From Gaiellaceae bacterium (GTDB lineage: Bacteria > Actinomycetota > Thermoleophilia > Gaiellales > Gaiellaceae): a stretch of DNA of 50,547 nt. The stretch is from positions 1 to 50,547 of the forward strand of contig DATBAH010000084.1 in assembly GCA_036271615.1 (NCBI GenBank), given 5' to 3'. The notes beneath the pieces were generated by a model that ran no database searches, was not told where the DNA came from, and saw only the letters and a list, made by a program, of their open reading frames with translations. The position numbers were made by a program, and so were the translations under genes. This document shows positions 30,384-39,308 of this stretch, piece by piece (the first letter of the stretch is position 1; every line of letters starts with the position of its first letter).

Positions 30384-30435
30384 ATCCAGCTGCCTACCTA
30401 AAGCGAGCCACATGACCCGCCGATAGCTCGCTCGC

Positions 30436-31578
30436 ATGACGCCGCAGCCTTTCTCAATCGACACTCTCCTCGAGCGCGTCGCGGCCGAGGACGCCTCTGA
30501 CCTCCACATCACCGCGGGGTCGGCGCCTCTGCTGCGCATCCGCGGCAAGCTGGCTCCGCTGGAGGAGTTCGAGGCCCTCTCTCCCGAGGAGACGCGTGAC
30601 CTTCTTTATCGCGTCCTCTCGACCGAGCAGCAGAAGCGGCTCGAGATCGACCGCCAGATCGACTTCTCCTACTCCGTCCCCGGCGTCGCCCGCTTCCGCG
30701 TCAACATCTATTTCCAGCGCGACACGCTCGCAGCCGCCTTCCGCCTCGTGCCGAGGCTGATCAAGTCGGCCCAGGAGCTCGGCCTCCCGGAGGTTCTCCT
30801 CCAGCTCGCACGGGAGCCGCGTGGCCTCGTCCTCGTGACCGGCCCGACCGGCTCCGGTAAGTCGACGACGCTCGCGACGATGATCGACTCGATCAACGAG
30901 AGCCGGCCGATGCACATCGTCACGATCGAGGATCCGATCGAGTTCCTGCACCAGCACAAGACCTCGGTCGTGAACCAGCGCGAGGTCGGCGCCGACGCCA
31001 AGGGATTCGCCGAGGCGCTACGCGGCGCACTCCGCCAGGACCCCGACGTGATCCTCGTGGGCGAGATGAGAGACCTCGAGACGATCTCGACCGCGCTGAC
31101 CGCGGCCGAGACGGGCCACCTGGTGCTCGCGACCCTGCACACGCAGAGCGCGCCGAGCACGATCGACCGCATCATCGACGTCTTCGCGGCCGCCCAGCAG
31201 GGCCAGGTGCGGATGCAGCTCGCGGCCTCCCTCCAGGGGATCGTCACGCAGACGCTGCTCCCGAGCGCAGACGGCCGCAAGCGCGTGCCGGCGATCGAGG
31301 TGCTCTTGCCCGACGACGCCGTCCGGAACCTCGTCCGCCAGGGCAAGACCGAGCAGATCTATTCCGTGATGCAGACGAACACGGGGCGCGGCATGCAGAC
31401 GATGGAGCAGTGCCTCGCCGATCTCGTGGTGCGTCGCCAGATCACCCAGGAAACCGCACTCAACGTAACGAGCCGGCGCGAGGAGTTCGAGGCGTTGCTC
31501 GCACGTGCCGGTGTCGCACCGCGTACCGATGACCACCTCCCCGAGGCCCTCCGCGGCCTCCGAGTCGCAGGAGCCTGA
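30436..31578 (+). CDS. pilT: Type IV pilus twitching motility (retraction) ATPase PilT
   Basis: ASDLHITAGSAPLLRIRG, Walker A GPTGSGKSTT, ILVGEMRD, ATLHT, and an AIRNLIRE-like motif DAVRNLVRQGK. No SD before the ATG. Confidence 0.95.
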   Translation: MTPQPFSIDTLLERVAAEDASDLHITAGSAPLLRIRGKLAPLEEFEALSPEETRDLLYRVLSTEQQKRLEIDRQIDFSYSVPGVARFRVNIYFQRDTLAAAFRLVPRLIKSAQELGLPEVLLQLAREPRGLVLVTGPTGSGKSTTLATMIDSINESRPMHIVTIEDPIEFLHQHKTSVVNQREVGADAKGFAEALRGALRQDPDVILVGEMRDLETISTALTAAETGHLVLATLHTQSAPSTIDRIIDVFAAAQQGQVRMQLAASLQGIVTQTLLPSADGRKRVPAIEVLLPDDAVRNLVRQGKTEQIYSVMQTNTGRGMQTMEQCLADLVVRRQITQETALNVTSRREEFEALLARAGVAPRTDDHLPEALRGLRVAGA

Positions 31579-31580
31579 CA

Positions 31581-32876
31581 GTGAGTGGAATCTCCGATTT
31601 TCTGAAGAAGGACCTCTCGTTCAAGCGCAAGCCGTCGACGAAGGCCGCGACCAAGGCCACGAAGACAGAGGCCAAGGCCAAGACCGAGACCCCGTCCGCG
31701 CAGGCCGAGAGCACCGCGACGACGGAGGAGACGACGCCGAAGAAGTCGTCGTCGAAGCGCTCGCTGTCGCTGCCGAAGCGTGCGCCGAAGCAGCGGAAGG
31801 CCCCGGCGGCCTCCTCGGGCGGCGGCCGGCACAAGCAGTTGGTCGGACTGAGCATCGGCGCATCCCAGCTCACGGCCGCCGTGGTCGTCAACAACGGCAG
31901 GCCGAAGCTCGTCAAGGCCGCCCGGCACCCGCTTCCCGCCGACGTCGTCGCCTCCGGCGAGGTGCGCGACTCCGAGGCGCTCTCCACCGAGATCGCCGCC
32001 TTCTTCGCCGAAGCGGATCTCCCGCGCAAGAACGTCCGCCTCGGCATCGGCTCGAGCCGGACCGGCGTGCGCGTCTTCGAGCGCCCCGAGGTCGACGATC
32101 CGAAGCAGCTCGCCAATGCCATCCGTTTCCGCGCGTACGAGACCCTGCCGATCCCGATCGAAGAGGCGATGCTCGACTACCACGTCGTCGGTGACTCGAC
32201 CACGGCCGACCGCGTGCTCCTGGCCGTCGCCTACCGCGACCTCGTCGACCGCTTCGCGGCCACGTGCGCCGCGGCGAAGATCGAGCTCGTCGGCATCGAC
32301 ATCGAGGCCTTCGCCTTGCTCCGCGCCGTCGGCGGCGAGCCGCTGACCGCCGGTGAGCGGGCCGAAGCCGCCCGCGTCGCGGTCTCGATCGGACATGACC
32401 GCACCACGGTCGCCGTTTCCGACGGTCGCGTGTGCGAGTTCACGAGAGTCCTCGACTGGGGCGGCGCCCGCGTCACGGCCGCCGTCGAGCGCGCTCTCGA
32501 GGTCGACACCGTCGAGGCCGAGCAGATCAAGCAGACGCTCGACATCGGCACTTCGGACGAGCCCGGCGAAGAGCGCGACGAGCGCACGACCCGCGCCGCC
32601 GAGGCAGCGCGCCGCGAGGTCAACGGCCTCGCCCGCGAGCTCGCCTCCTCCCTCCACTTCTACCAGGATCAGCCTGACTCACTGGGCTTCGCCGAGATCA
32701 CGATCACCGGCGGCGGCGCCCACCTTCAGGGGCTCGCCGAGCAGCTCGAGGAGCTGATCGGCATCAGCGTCCGTCTCGCCGACCCGTTCGCACGCGTCGG
32801 GTCCGGGCACGGCATCAGCTCCAACGGCCAGGACGGCGCCCTCGCCGTCGCAATCGGACTGGGAATCGAGGACTGA
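31581..32876 (+). CDS. pilM: Type IV pilus assembly protein PilM (actin-like ATPase fold) with a ~85-aa Lys/Thr-rich N-terminal extension
   Basis: LVGLSIGASQLTAAVV..., IELVGIDIEAFALLRAV, ITITGGGAHLQGLAEQL. The GTG lies 2 nt after the pilT stop. Confidence 0.9.
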   Translation: MSGISDFLKKDLSFKRKPSTKAATKATKTEAKAKTETPSAQAESTATTEETTPKKSSSKRSLSLPKRAPKQRKAPAASSGGGRHKQLVGLSIGASQLTAAVVVNNGRPKLVKAARHPLPADVVASGEVRDSEALSTEIAAFFAEADLPRKNVRLGIGSSRTGVRVFERPEVDDPKQLANAIRFRAYETLPIPIEEAMLDYHVVGDSTTADRVLLAVAYRDLVDRFAATCAAAKIELVGIDIEAFALLRAVGGEPLTAGERAEAARVAVSIGHDRTTVAVSDGRVCEFTRVLDWGGARVTAAVERALEVDTVEAEQIKQTLDIGTSDEPGEERDERTTRAAEAARREVNGLARELASSLHFYQDQPDSLGFAEITITGGGAHLQGLAEQLEELIGISVRLADPFARVGSGHGISSNGQDGALAVAIGLGIED

Positions 32877-33508
32877 TGCGCGCTGTCAACCTTCTCCCCC
32901 GCCAGCAGGCTCAGCGCACGCACGAGCGGCCGAACGCGGTCGTCCTCGTCGCCTCGATCGGCGGCGCGGCCGTCGTGCTCGCCCTCGTCGGGGGCTTCCT
33001 GCTCGCCAACCGCAGCGCCGACCGCGAGCGCCAGAATCTCGCCGGCGCACGTGCGGTGCTCGCAGTGACCCCTGCGCACCACCTCTCTGCGAGCACGCAG
33101 ACGTTCCGCTCGAACGTGCTCAACAAGAAGGAGCAGCGCTCGCTGGCTCTCGACGCCGCGCTCGGCAAGCGCGTGGCGTGGGATCGCATCCTCCGCCGCT
33201 TCGCGCTCGTCCTGCCCAGCGACGTCTGGCTCACGAGCCTCGTCGGCACGGTTCCGCTCGACGACAGTGCGGCCGCAGCTACGGCGGTCCCGACGTCGAG
33301 CTCGCTGCCGGCCACGCCGACCGCATTGACCATCGTGGGCTACACGTATTCCCAGGACAGCGTCGCCCGGCTCCTCGAGCGGCTCTCGGTCGTGCCCGAC
33401 CTCAAGAACGTCCAGTTGCAGAACAGCCAGACCGCGCAGGTCGCCGGCCAGACCGTCATCCAGTTCACGATCGTCTCGGACGTTCGTAAAGGAAGGGGTG
33501 CCTCGTGA
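32876..33508 (+). CDS. pilN: Type IV pilus assembly protein PilN
   Basis: MRAVNLLPRQQ..., single TM, position after pilM, start overlapping the pilM stop (TGATG). Confidence 0.85.
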   Translation: MRAVNLLPRQQAQRTHERPNAVVLVASIGGAAVVLALVGGFLLANRSADRERQNLAGARAVLAVTPAHHLSASTQTFRSNVLNKKEQRSLALDAALGKRVAWDRILRRFALVLPSDVWLTSLVGTVPLDDSAAAATAVPTSSSLPATPTALTIVGYTYSQDSVARLLERLSVVPDLKNVQLQNSQTAQVAGQTVIQFTIVSDVRKGRGAS

Positions 33509-34215
33509 CCGCCCGCCTCGCCAGCCTGCCGAAGGGGGCTCAGGTCGCGCTCGTGGCGGCCCTGCTCGTGTTCGTCCTCGGCATCGGCTACCTCGCCGTG
33601 ATCTCGCCGAAGCGCTCGACGGCTTCCAGCCTGAAGAAGCAGACGGCGGTCGTGCAGGCGCAGATCGCCGCCAACCGCTCGACCGCGTTCCAGCAGGCGC
33701 TGCCGGCTGTGCGCTCCGCGAACGTCTTCAGCCTCACCCAGGCGATGCCTAGCAAGCTCGCGACGCCCGGCGTGATCCTCACGCTGAACGCGCTGGCGAA
33801 GGACTCGGGCATCAGCTTCGACCAGATCTCGCCGCAGGGTGCCGCCTCGACCACGGTAGCGACGACCGGAGTCACGGATCCATTCGCCGTCGAGGCGATC
33901 TCGGTCAAGTTCTCGGGCAACTTCTACAACCTCCTCGCCTTCCTCCAGCGGGTGCGCAACCTCGTCCGAGTGCAGAACGGCAAGCTCTTCACCGCCGGGC
34001 GCCTCTTCGACGTGAGCGACGTGACCTTCGCGGAGGGCCAGGCCGGATGGCCGCAGATCGCGGCGACGCTCACCATCAACGAGTTCGTGCCGCAGTCGGC
34101 CACAGCGTTGACTCCGGCTACTCCCACTGACACCACGTCGACGACCACCACGCCGGCCACGACGACCTCGGATTCCACGTCGGCGGCCCCGAGCACGAGC
34201 GGAGGGACTTCATGA
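33505..34215 (+). CDS. pilO: Type IV pilus assembly protein PilO with a Thr/Ser-rich tail
   Basis: TM, then coiled coil, then a ferredoxin-like C-domain pattern (VKFSGNFYNLLAFLQRVRNL). GTGA overlap with pilN. Confidence 0.8.
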   Translation: MTARLASLPKGAQVALVAALLVFVLGIGYLAVISPKRSTASSLKKQTAVVQAQIAANRSTAFQQALPAVRSANVFSLTQAMPSKLATPGVILTLNALAKDSGISFDQISPQGAASTTVATTGVTDPFAVEAISVKFSGNFYNLLAFLQRVRNLVRVQNGKLFTAGRLFDVSDVTFAEGQAGWPQIAATLTINEFVPQSATALTPATPTDTTSTTTTPATTTSDSTSAAPSTSGGTS

Positions 34216-34943
34216 ACCGCAAGCAGAAGCGTATGGAGAACCTCCGGGTGGCCAAGGACAAGAAGATGAAGAAGGTCGCCATCGGCCTGTCGGTCGTGCT
34301 GGTCGCCGTCCTCGCCTTCGAGGTGCCGAAGATCCTCCACAGCGGCGGCAGCGCGCCTGCGCCGGCCGCCACGACGACCGCCGCACCGGCCACCGGCGCC
34401 CCCACGGCCGTTCCCGCGACGACGCCCGCCGGCACCGCGGCCGCCGCCGTCCTGCCGACTGCGTCGAGCGCGAAGCTGACGAACTCGGACCTGTCGCCGA
34501 AGGTCGGGAAGAGCCAGCTCTTCTCCTTCAGCCACTTCGCGAGCAAGGATCCGTTCTCCCAGCAGATCGTCGACGTCTCGCAGGGCCAGCCCGACTCACA
34601 GGGTGTGGACGCCAGCGGGAATTCGACGCAGACGGGTTCCAGCAGCACCAACATCGGCACGACCGCTGCGGTCAAGCAGCAGCCGACCCGCACGCTCGCG
34701 GCGAACGGCGCCGCGAGGATCTCGGTCAACGGCCGGGTGCAGGTCGTGCGGCTGGGAGCGAAGTTCCCCAGCGCGAACCCGCTCTTCCGGCTCGTCTCCG
34801 TCCATAACGGGGTCGCGAAGATCTCCATCGCGAACGGCGCGTACTCGAGCGGCGCGAAGACCGTCACTCTCCCCGCCGGCCGGTCGCTGACGCTCGTCGA
34901 CACCTCCGACGGCATCCGCTACCAGATTCGCCTGGTCGCGTAG
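34212..34943 (+). CDS. PilP-like pilus assembly protein (TM, Ala/Thr/Pro linker, KDPF motif, C-terminal beta domain)
   Basis: ATGA overlap with pilO. FASKDPFSQQ resembles the conserved (R/K)DPF of PilP. C-terminal ISVNGRVQVVRLGAKFPSANPLFRLVSV. Assigned by position and motif only. Confidence 0.5.
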   Translation: MNRKQKRMENLRVAKDKKMKKVAIGLSVVLVAVLAFEVPKILHSGGSAPAPAATTTAAPATGAPTAVPATTPAGTAAAAVLPTASSAKLTNSDLSPKVGKSQLFSFSHFASKDPFSQQIVDVSQGQPDSQGVDASGNSTQTGSSSTNIGTTAAVKQQPTRTLAANGAARISVNGRVQVVRLGAKFPSANPLFRLVSVHNGVAKISIANGAYSSGAKTVTLPAGRSLTLVDTSDGIRYQIRLVA

Positions 34944-34949
34944 CCCACC

Positions 34950-36170
34950 ATGGCCGGCTTCGCCTACAGCGCGATCAGCATCGACGGTCTCGAGACCGTC
35001 GGCGAAGTCCACGCCCCCGACCTCGAGGCGGCGCGCGAGCAGCTCCGCATCCGCGGCCTGCTCGCCCACAACCTCCGCGAGCTGCCGGCATCGGGCGAGG
35101 ACGGGCTGCGCTCGACGTTCAAGAAGATCAAGCCTCGCTCGATGCAGATCTTCTCGCGCCAGTTTGCGACGATGATCGAAGCGGGCCTGAACATCGTCGC
35201 GTCGCTCGTGATCCTCGAGCAGCAGACCGACGACCCGTATCTCGCGGAGATCATCGCCGAGCTGCGCGCGGACGTCGAAGGCGGCCTTCTCCTCTCGCAG
35301 GCGATGGCGCGGCACCCGAAGGTGTTCAACGAGCTCTACGTCTCGATGGTGCAGGCCGGCGAGGCTTCGGGAATGCTCGACCAGGTCCTCGACCGCGTCG
35401 CGGAGCAGATCGAGAAGGAGACGAAGCTCAAGCGCCGCGTGAAGGGCGCGATGGTGTACCCGACCGTCGTCTTCACCTTCGCCTGCCTCGTGCTCGCCGC
35501 GATGCTCATGTTCATCGTCCCGATCTTCGCGAAGATCTTCTCGGAGTTGAACGGCCAGCTGCCGATGCTGACGCGGGTCGTACTGAGCGCCTCGAACCTG
35601 CTCCGCCACGACTGGTTCATCGTCTTCCCCATGATCGGCCTGCTGATCTGGGGCGGCCTCCGCTACAAGCGCAGCGAGTCGGGCCGGAAGAAGTGGGACG
35701 CCTTCAAGCTCCGGATCCCGCTCAAGATCGGCGAGGTCGTGCTCAAGGTGACGATGGCGCGGCTGCTGCGGACGCTCGCGACGCTCGTCGCCGCCGGCGT
35801 CGACATCATCAAGGCACTCGACATCGCCGGCTCGACGGCAGGCAACTGGGTCGTCGAGCGTGCACTGTCGGAAGCGCGGATCAAGGTGCAGGAGGGCGTC
35901 CCGATCGCGGAGCCCCTCACGGCCGACCCGATCTTCCCGCCGATGGTCAGCCAGATGGTCCGGATCGGCGAGGAGACGGGAGAGCTCGAGCAGATGCTGA
36001 GCAAGATCGCCGACTTCTACGAGGACGAGGTCGACAGCGCGATCCAGTCCCTGACCTCGATCATCGAGCCGCTGATGATGATCGGCGTAGGGTTCATGGT
36101 CGGCATCATCATCATCTCGATGTACCTGCCGATGTTCAAGCTCATGCAGCTGATCGGGAACCAGCAGTAG
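34950..36170 (+). CDS. pilC: Type IV pilus platform protein PilC (GspF family)
   Basis: Two GspF repeats (FSRQFATMIEAGLNIVASL.. and LLRTLATLVAAGVDIIKAL..), three TM segments, 406 aa. Confidence 0.95.
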   Translation: MAGFAYSAISIDGLETVGEVHAPDLEAAREQLRIRGLLAHNLRELPASGEDGLRSTFKKIKPRSMQIFSRQFATMIEAGLNIVASLVILEQQTDDPYLAEIIAELRADVEGGLLLSQAMARHPKVFNELYVSMVQAGEASGMLDQVLDRVAEQIEKETKLKRRVKGAMVYPTVVFTFACLVLAAMLMFIVPIFAKIFSELNGQLPMLTRVVLSASNLLRHDWFIVFPMIGLLIWGGLRYKRSESGRKKWDAFKLRIPLKIGEVVLKVTMARLLRTLATLVAAGVDIIKALDIAGSTAGNWVVERALSEARIKVQEGVPIAEPLTADPIFPPMVSQMVRIGEETGELEQMLSKIADFYEDEVDSAIQSLTSIIEPLMMIGVGFMVGIIIISMYLPMFKLMQLIGNQQ

Positions 36171-37263
36171 CGCCCCCGCCTGCGCGCGAGAGGACATAGA
36201 TCGCACGGATCGCGGCCAGCTCGGCGCCGCGGGCCGCGGCCGGCTCGGGCAGATCTCCCTGGAGCAGCTTCTCGAGCGCGCGGAAGGTGACGGGAAGCCG
36301 CGCGACCGCGTACGTCGCCCGCGGGAAGTGCTCGAAGGCGCGCTTCGCTCCCCAGCCGGCGCGCGTCAACGGCATGATCCGGCGCTCCACGGCAGCCTGG
36401 TACGCGTCGAGGTTCTCGGCGCGCCCGGCCAGGACGTCGAGCGCCGTCTCCGCGACAAGCTTCGCGGAATAGAACGCCTCGTACATCCCGTCGCCCGAGA
36501 GCGGGTCGACGAGCCCGGCCGCGTCGCCGATCACCGCCGTCCGGCCCCGCGCCAACCGCGTTCCGGGCAAGCGCATCGGCAGCCGGTAGCCGCGCGTGTC
36601 CTGCGCCGCTTCGGGGTCGATCCCGTACGCCTCGCACATCCGCCGCAACTCGGCGCGCAGCTTCGGGCCTTCCTCCGCGTTCCCGCCGACGCCGACGTTG
36701 ATGTGGTCGCCCTTCGGGAAGATCCAGCCGTAGCCGCCGCGGACGACCGCGATCTCGAGCACCATCGCGCCTGCGTAGCGCCGGTCGTACGGGTAGTTCG
36801 CCTCGAGCGCGACGCCGTGCGCGACCCGGTCGGCGAGCCCGAGCTGCTTCGCCGACGCGCCGTTGCAGCCGTCGGCGCCGATCACGATCCGCGCGTCGAG
36901 CTCCCGTGCGTCGGCCGTCTCACCCTGCCGCACCTCGGCGCCCGCGTCGGCCGCCTGCTGCAGGAGGAAATGGTCGAGCCGCCGCCGCTGCGTCATGTAC
37001 GCGAGCGGCGCGCGGGCCTTGCGCGTGATGTGCTGCCGGTAACGGAGGCCACAGTCCAGCCGGTCGACGACGTCCTCCACCACAGGCTCGATCGAGAACG
37101 GCAGGAGGCGCGCGGCGCGGCCGGTGACACCGCCCCCACACGGCTTGTCGCGCGGGAAGGTCGCCTTGTCGAGGAGCAGGACGCTCGCGCCCGAATCCGC
37201 GAGCCGGTATGCGGCCGCCGAGCCCGCAGGCCCGGCTCCGACGATGGCGACGTCGTGGCTCAT
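36142..37263 (-). CDS. Geranylgeranyl reductase family FAD-dependent oxidoreductase
   Basis: Real start MSHDVAIVGAGPAGSAAAYRLA (ATG 37263); DKPCGGGV; GDAAGLVDPLSGDGM. The track ORF 36142..38067 is over-extended into the permease. The 3' end overlaps pilC convergently by 29 nt. Confidence 0.9.
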   Translation of the reverse strand: MSHDVAIVGAGPAGSAAAYRLADSGASVLLLDKATFPRDKPCGGGVTGRAARLLPFSIEPVVEDVVDRLDCGLRYRQHITRKARAPLAYMTQRRRLDHFLLQQAADAGAEVRQGETADARELDARIVIGADGCNGASAKQLGLADRVAHGVALEANYPYDRRYAGAMVLEIAVVRGGYGWIFPKGDHINVGVGGNAEEGPKLRAELRRMCEAYGIDPEAAQDTRGYRLPMRLPGTRLARGRTAVIGDAAGLVDPLSGDGMYEAFYSAKLVAETALDVLAGRAENLDAYQAAVERRIMPLTRAGWGAKRAFEHFPRATYAVARLPVTFRALEKLLQGDLPEPAAARGAELAAIRAIYVLSRAGGGATAGSRSAA

Positions 37264-37274
37264 GCGCCCGAACG

Positions 37275-38075
37275 CTACGTGACGACGCGCCTGCGGAAGG
37301 TCTGCAGCGAGAAGATCCCGAGCCCGATCGAGCCACCGACGAGCGCGAACATGAACGCCCACACCGGCATGTGAGGCAGATCGGGAGTCAGCGAGGTGCG
37401 GAGCCCCTCGCTCATGTAGACCATCGGGTTGAAGAGAACGAGCACCTTGAGCCAAAGAATCGGCGTCAACGTCGCCCAGGGGTAGTAGATGCACCCCAGA
37501 AATGTGAGCGGCAGGACGACCACCGCAAACAGGAGCGTCACCTTGCGCGGGTCGAGCACCGTCCCTATGAAGAGGCCCATCGCCGCCGCGAGGAAACAGG
37601 CGAAGACGAGCACGACGGCGAACAGGGCCGGATCGGACACGTGCACGACCGGCGCCTCTCCGTGCGCGTGCACGAGGTAGACGATCGGAAAGACGACGCC
37701 GGCTGCCATGAGCGACTGGACTGCCCCGGCGAAGATCTTCTCGAACCCGACCACCCAGACGGGCACCGGCGCGAGCACGCGATCCTCGATCTCCTTGCTG
37801 ACGCTGAACTCCTGCACGAGCGGCAGCGCGACGGCCTGGATCCCCTGGAAGTTGATCGCGACGGCGATCAGCCCCGGCACGAGGACGGTCGAGAACGAGA
37901 CACCGTTCGGCAGGCCGTGGAAGCCCTGCCCGATCTTCGGGAAGACGTACGCGAAGACGAATACGAACAGGAGCGGCTGCATGATCGTCCGGATCAGGAA
38001 CTGGCCGAAGTTGCGGCGCAGGACGCGGATGTCCCGGGCGAGCAGCGCGCCGAACGTCTGCAGCCACGCCCTCAC
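37275..38075 (-). CDS. ABC-2 type transporter permease
   Basis: GTG 38075 overlaps the ATPase stop (GTGA). Six hydrophobic segments, with RVLRRNFGQFLIRTIMQPLLFVFVFAYVF at the N-terminus. Confidence 0.85.
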   Translation of the reverse strand: MRAWLQTFGALLARDIRVLRRNFGQFLIRTIMQPLLFVFVFAYVFPKIGQGFHGLPNGVSFSTVLVPGLIAVAINFQGIQAVALPLVQEFSVSKEIEDRVLAPVPVWVVGFEKIFAGAVQSLMAAGVVFPIVYLVHAHGEAPVVHVSDPALFAVVLVFACFLAAAMGLFIGTVLDPRKVTLLFAVVVLPLTFLGCIYYPWATLTPILWLKVLVLFNPMVYMSEGLRTSLTPDLPHMPVWAFMFALVGGSIGLGIFSLQTFRRRVVT

Positions 38076-39013
38076 TCGCGGTACTCCCGGCCCGTGAGGT
38101 TGAGGAAGACCGTCTCGAGGCTCGGCGGCAGGCTCGAAGCGTCGCGCACGGTCAGGCCGAGAGCGGCGGCCTCCTGCACGAGTTGGACGAGCACCCCTTC
38201 CGACCGCGACGCGCGGACGCGGACGATCTGGTGGTCCCGCTCGACCGAGCGGACGGCATCGAGCCGTTCCGCCCGCTCGGCCAGCGGCGTGGGGTCGCCC
38301 TCCAAGGTCAGGGTGATCACGGTCTCGGCGCCGTAGCGCCGCTTCAGCTCGGCGGGCGTGTCGACGGCGAGCGCCTTGCCGCGGTCGATGACCGCGATCC
38401 GCTCGCACAGCACGTCGGCCTCCTCCATGTAGTGCGTCGTCAGGAGCGTCGTCTGCCCGGCGCGGTTGAGGTCCTCGAGGATCCGCCAGAGGTTGATGCG
38501 GGTCTGCGGGTCGATGCCGGAGGTCGGCTCGTCGAGGAAGAGCACCTGCGGCTCGTGCACGAGCGCGCGGGCCAGCATCAGCCGCTGCGCAAGGCCTCCC
38601 GAGAGCTGGAAGACCATCGAGTCGGCGCGCTCGGTGAGCGAGAACTGCTCGAGCAGCTCATCGGCGCGAGCCCGCGCGCGAGGACGCGGGACGCCGAAGA
38701 AGCGGCCGTGGTAGTAGAGGTTCTCCCAGACGGTGAGGGCGCGGTCGAGCGTGTTCGCCTGCGAGACGACGCCGATCTGCCGCTTCACATCGGCCGCGTG
38801 GCGGCTCACGTCGAGGCCTGAGACGAGCGCACGGCCGCCGGTCGGGAACACCGTCGTCGTCAGCATCCCGATCGTCGTCGACTTGCCGGCGCCGTTCGGA
38901 CCGAGGAGCCCGAAGAACTCTCCGCGCCGCACCTCGAGGTCGAGTCCGTCGACGGCGACGAGCGTCCCGTAGACCTTGCGCAGCTGCTCGGTCCGGATCG
39001 GAGCGTCCCCCAC
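38072..39013 (-). CDS. ABC transporter ATP-binding protein (DrrA-like exporter ATPase)
   Basis: Walker A GPNGAGKSTT, signature LSGGLAQR, Walker B LFLDEPTSGID, H-loop TTHYMEEA. Confidence 0.93.
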   Translation of the reverse strand: MGDAPIRTEQLRKVYGTLVAVDGLDLEVRRGEFFGLLGPNGAGKSTTIGMLTTTVFPTGGRALVSGLDVSRHAADVKRQIGVVSQANTLDRALTVWENLYYHGRFFGVPRPRARARADELLEQFSLTERADSMVFQLSGGLAQRLMLARALVHEPQVLFLDEPTSGIDPQTRINLWRILEDLNRAGQTTLLTTHYMEEADVLCERIAVIDRGKALAVDTPAELKRRYGAETVITLTLEGDPTPLAERAERLDAVRSVERDHQIVRVRASRSEGVLVQLVQEAAALGLTVRDASSLPPSLETVFLNLTGREYRE

Positions 39014-39058
39014 GCCGAGAACGTATCCGCAGCGCCCCGACTACAATGCGCCTCCCCC

Positions 39059-39140
39059 GGGGGTGTGCCCGAGCGGCCAAAGGGAACGGGCTGTAAACCC
39101 GTCGGCTCAGCCTACGGAGGTTCGAATCCTCCCGCCCCCA
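39059..39140 (+). tRNA. tRNA-Tyr (GUA) with a long variable arm
   Basis: GGGGGTG acceptor, CCCGAGCGGCCAAAGGGA D arm (very close to the E. coli tRNA-Tyr as I recall it), ACGGG-CTGTAAA-CCCGT anticodon arm, GGAGG-TTCGAAT-CCTCC T arm. No encoded CCA. Confidence 0.9.
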
Positions 39141-39308
39141 CTCCTTCTTTGTGCTCGCCCGCTCCGCCGGCGCAGGCTCGCTTCGCTCGTGTGCTTCGGC
39201 TCCGCTTTTCGCTCGCACGGACGTTCCGCGCCCCCCAGGTCGGTCGCGGCACGAAGGCGAAGAGCGAGAGAACGGAACCCGGGCGGGTCACCGGCCGGCC
39301 TCGCCATC

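Noticed and set aside
36142-38067. 641-aa ORF fusing the geranylgeranyl reductase with upstream sequence
   Set aside because: The N-terminal 270 codons are an out-of-frame read through the ABC-2 permease. The Rossmann motif GAGPAG right after Met 37263 marks the true start.
38976-39308. N-terminal part of ORF 38976..39686
   Set aside because: It reads straight through tRNA-Tyr and the ABC ATPase start region, so it cannot be coding. Only the part from about 39309 has coding-like GC3.
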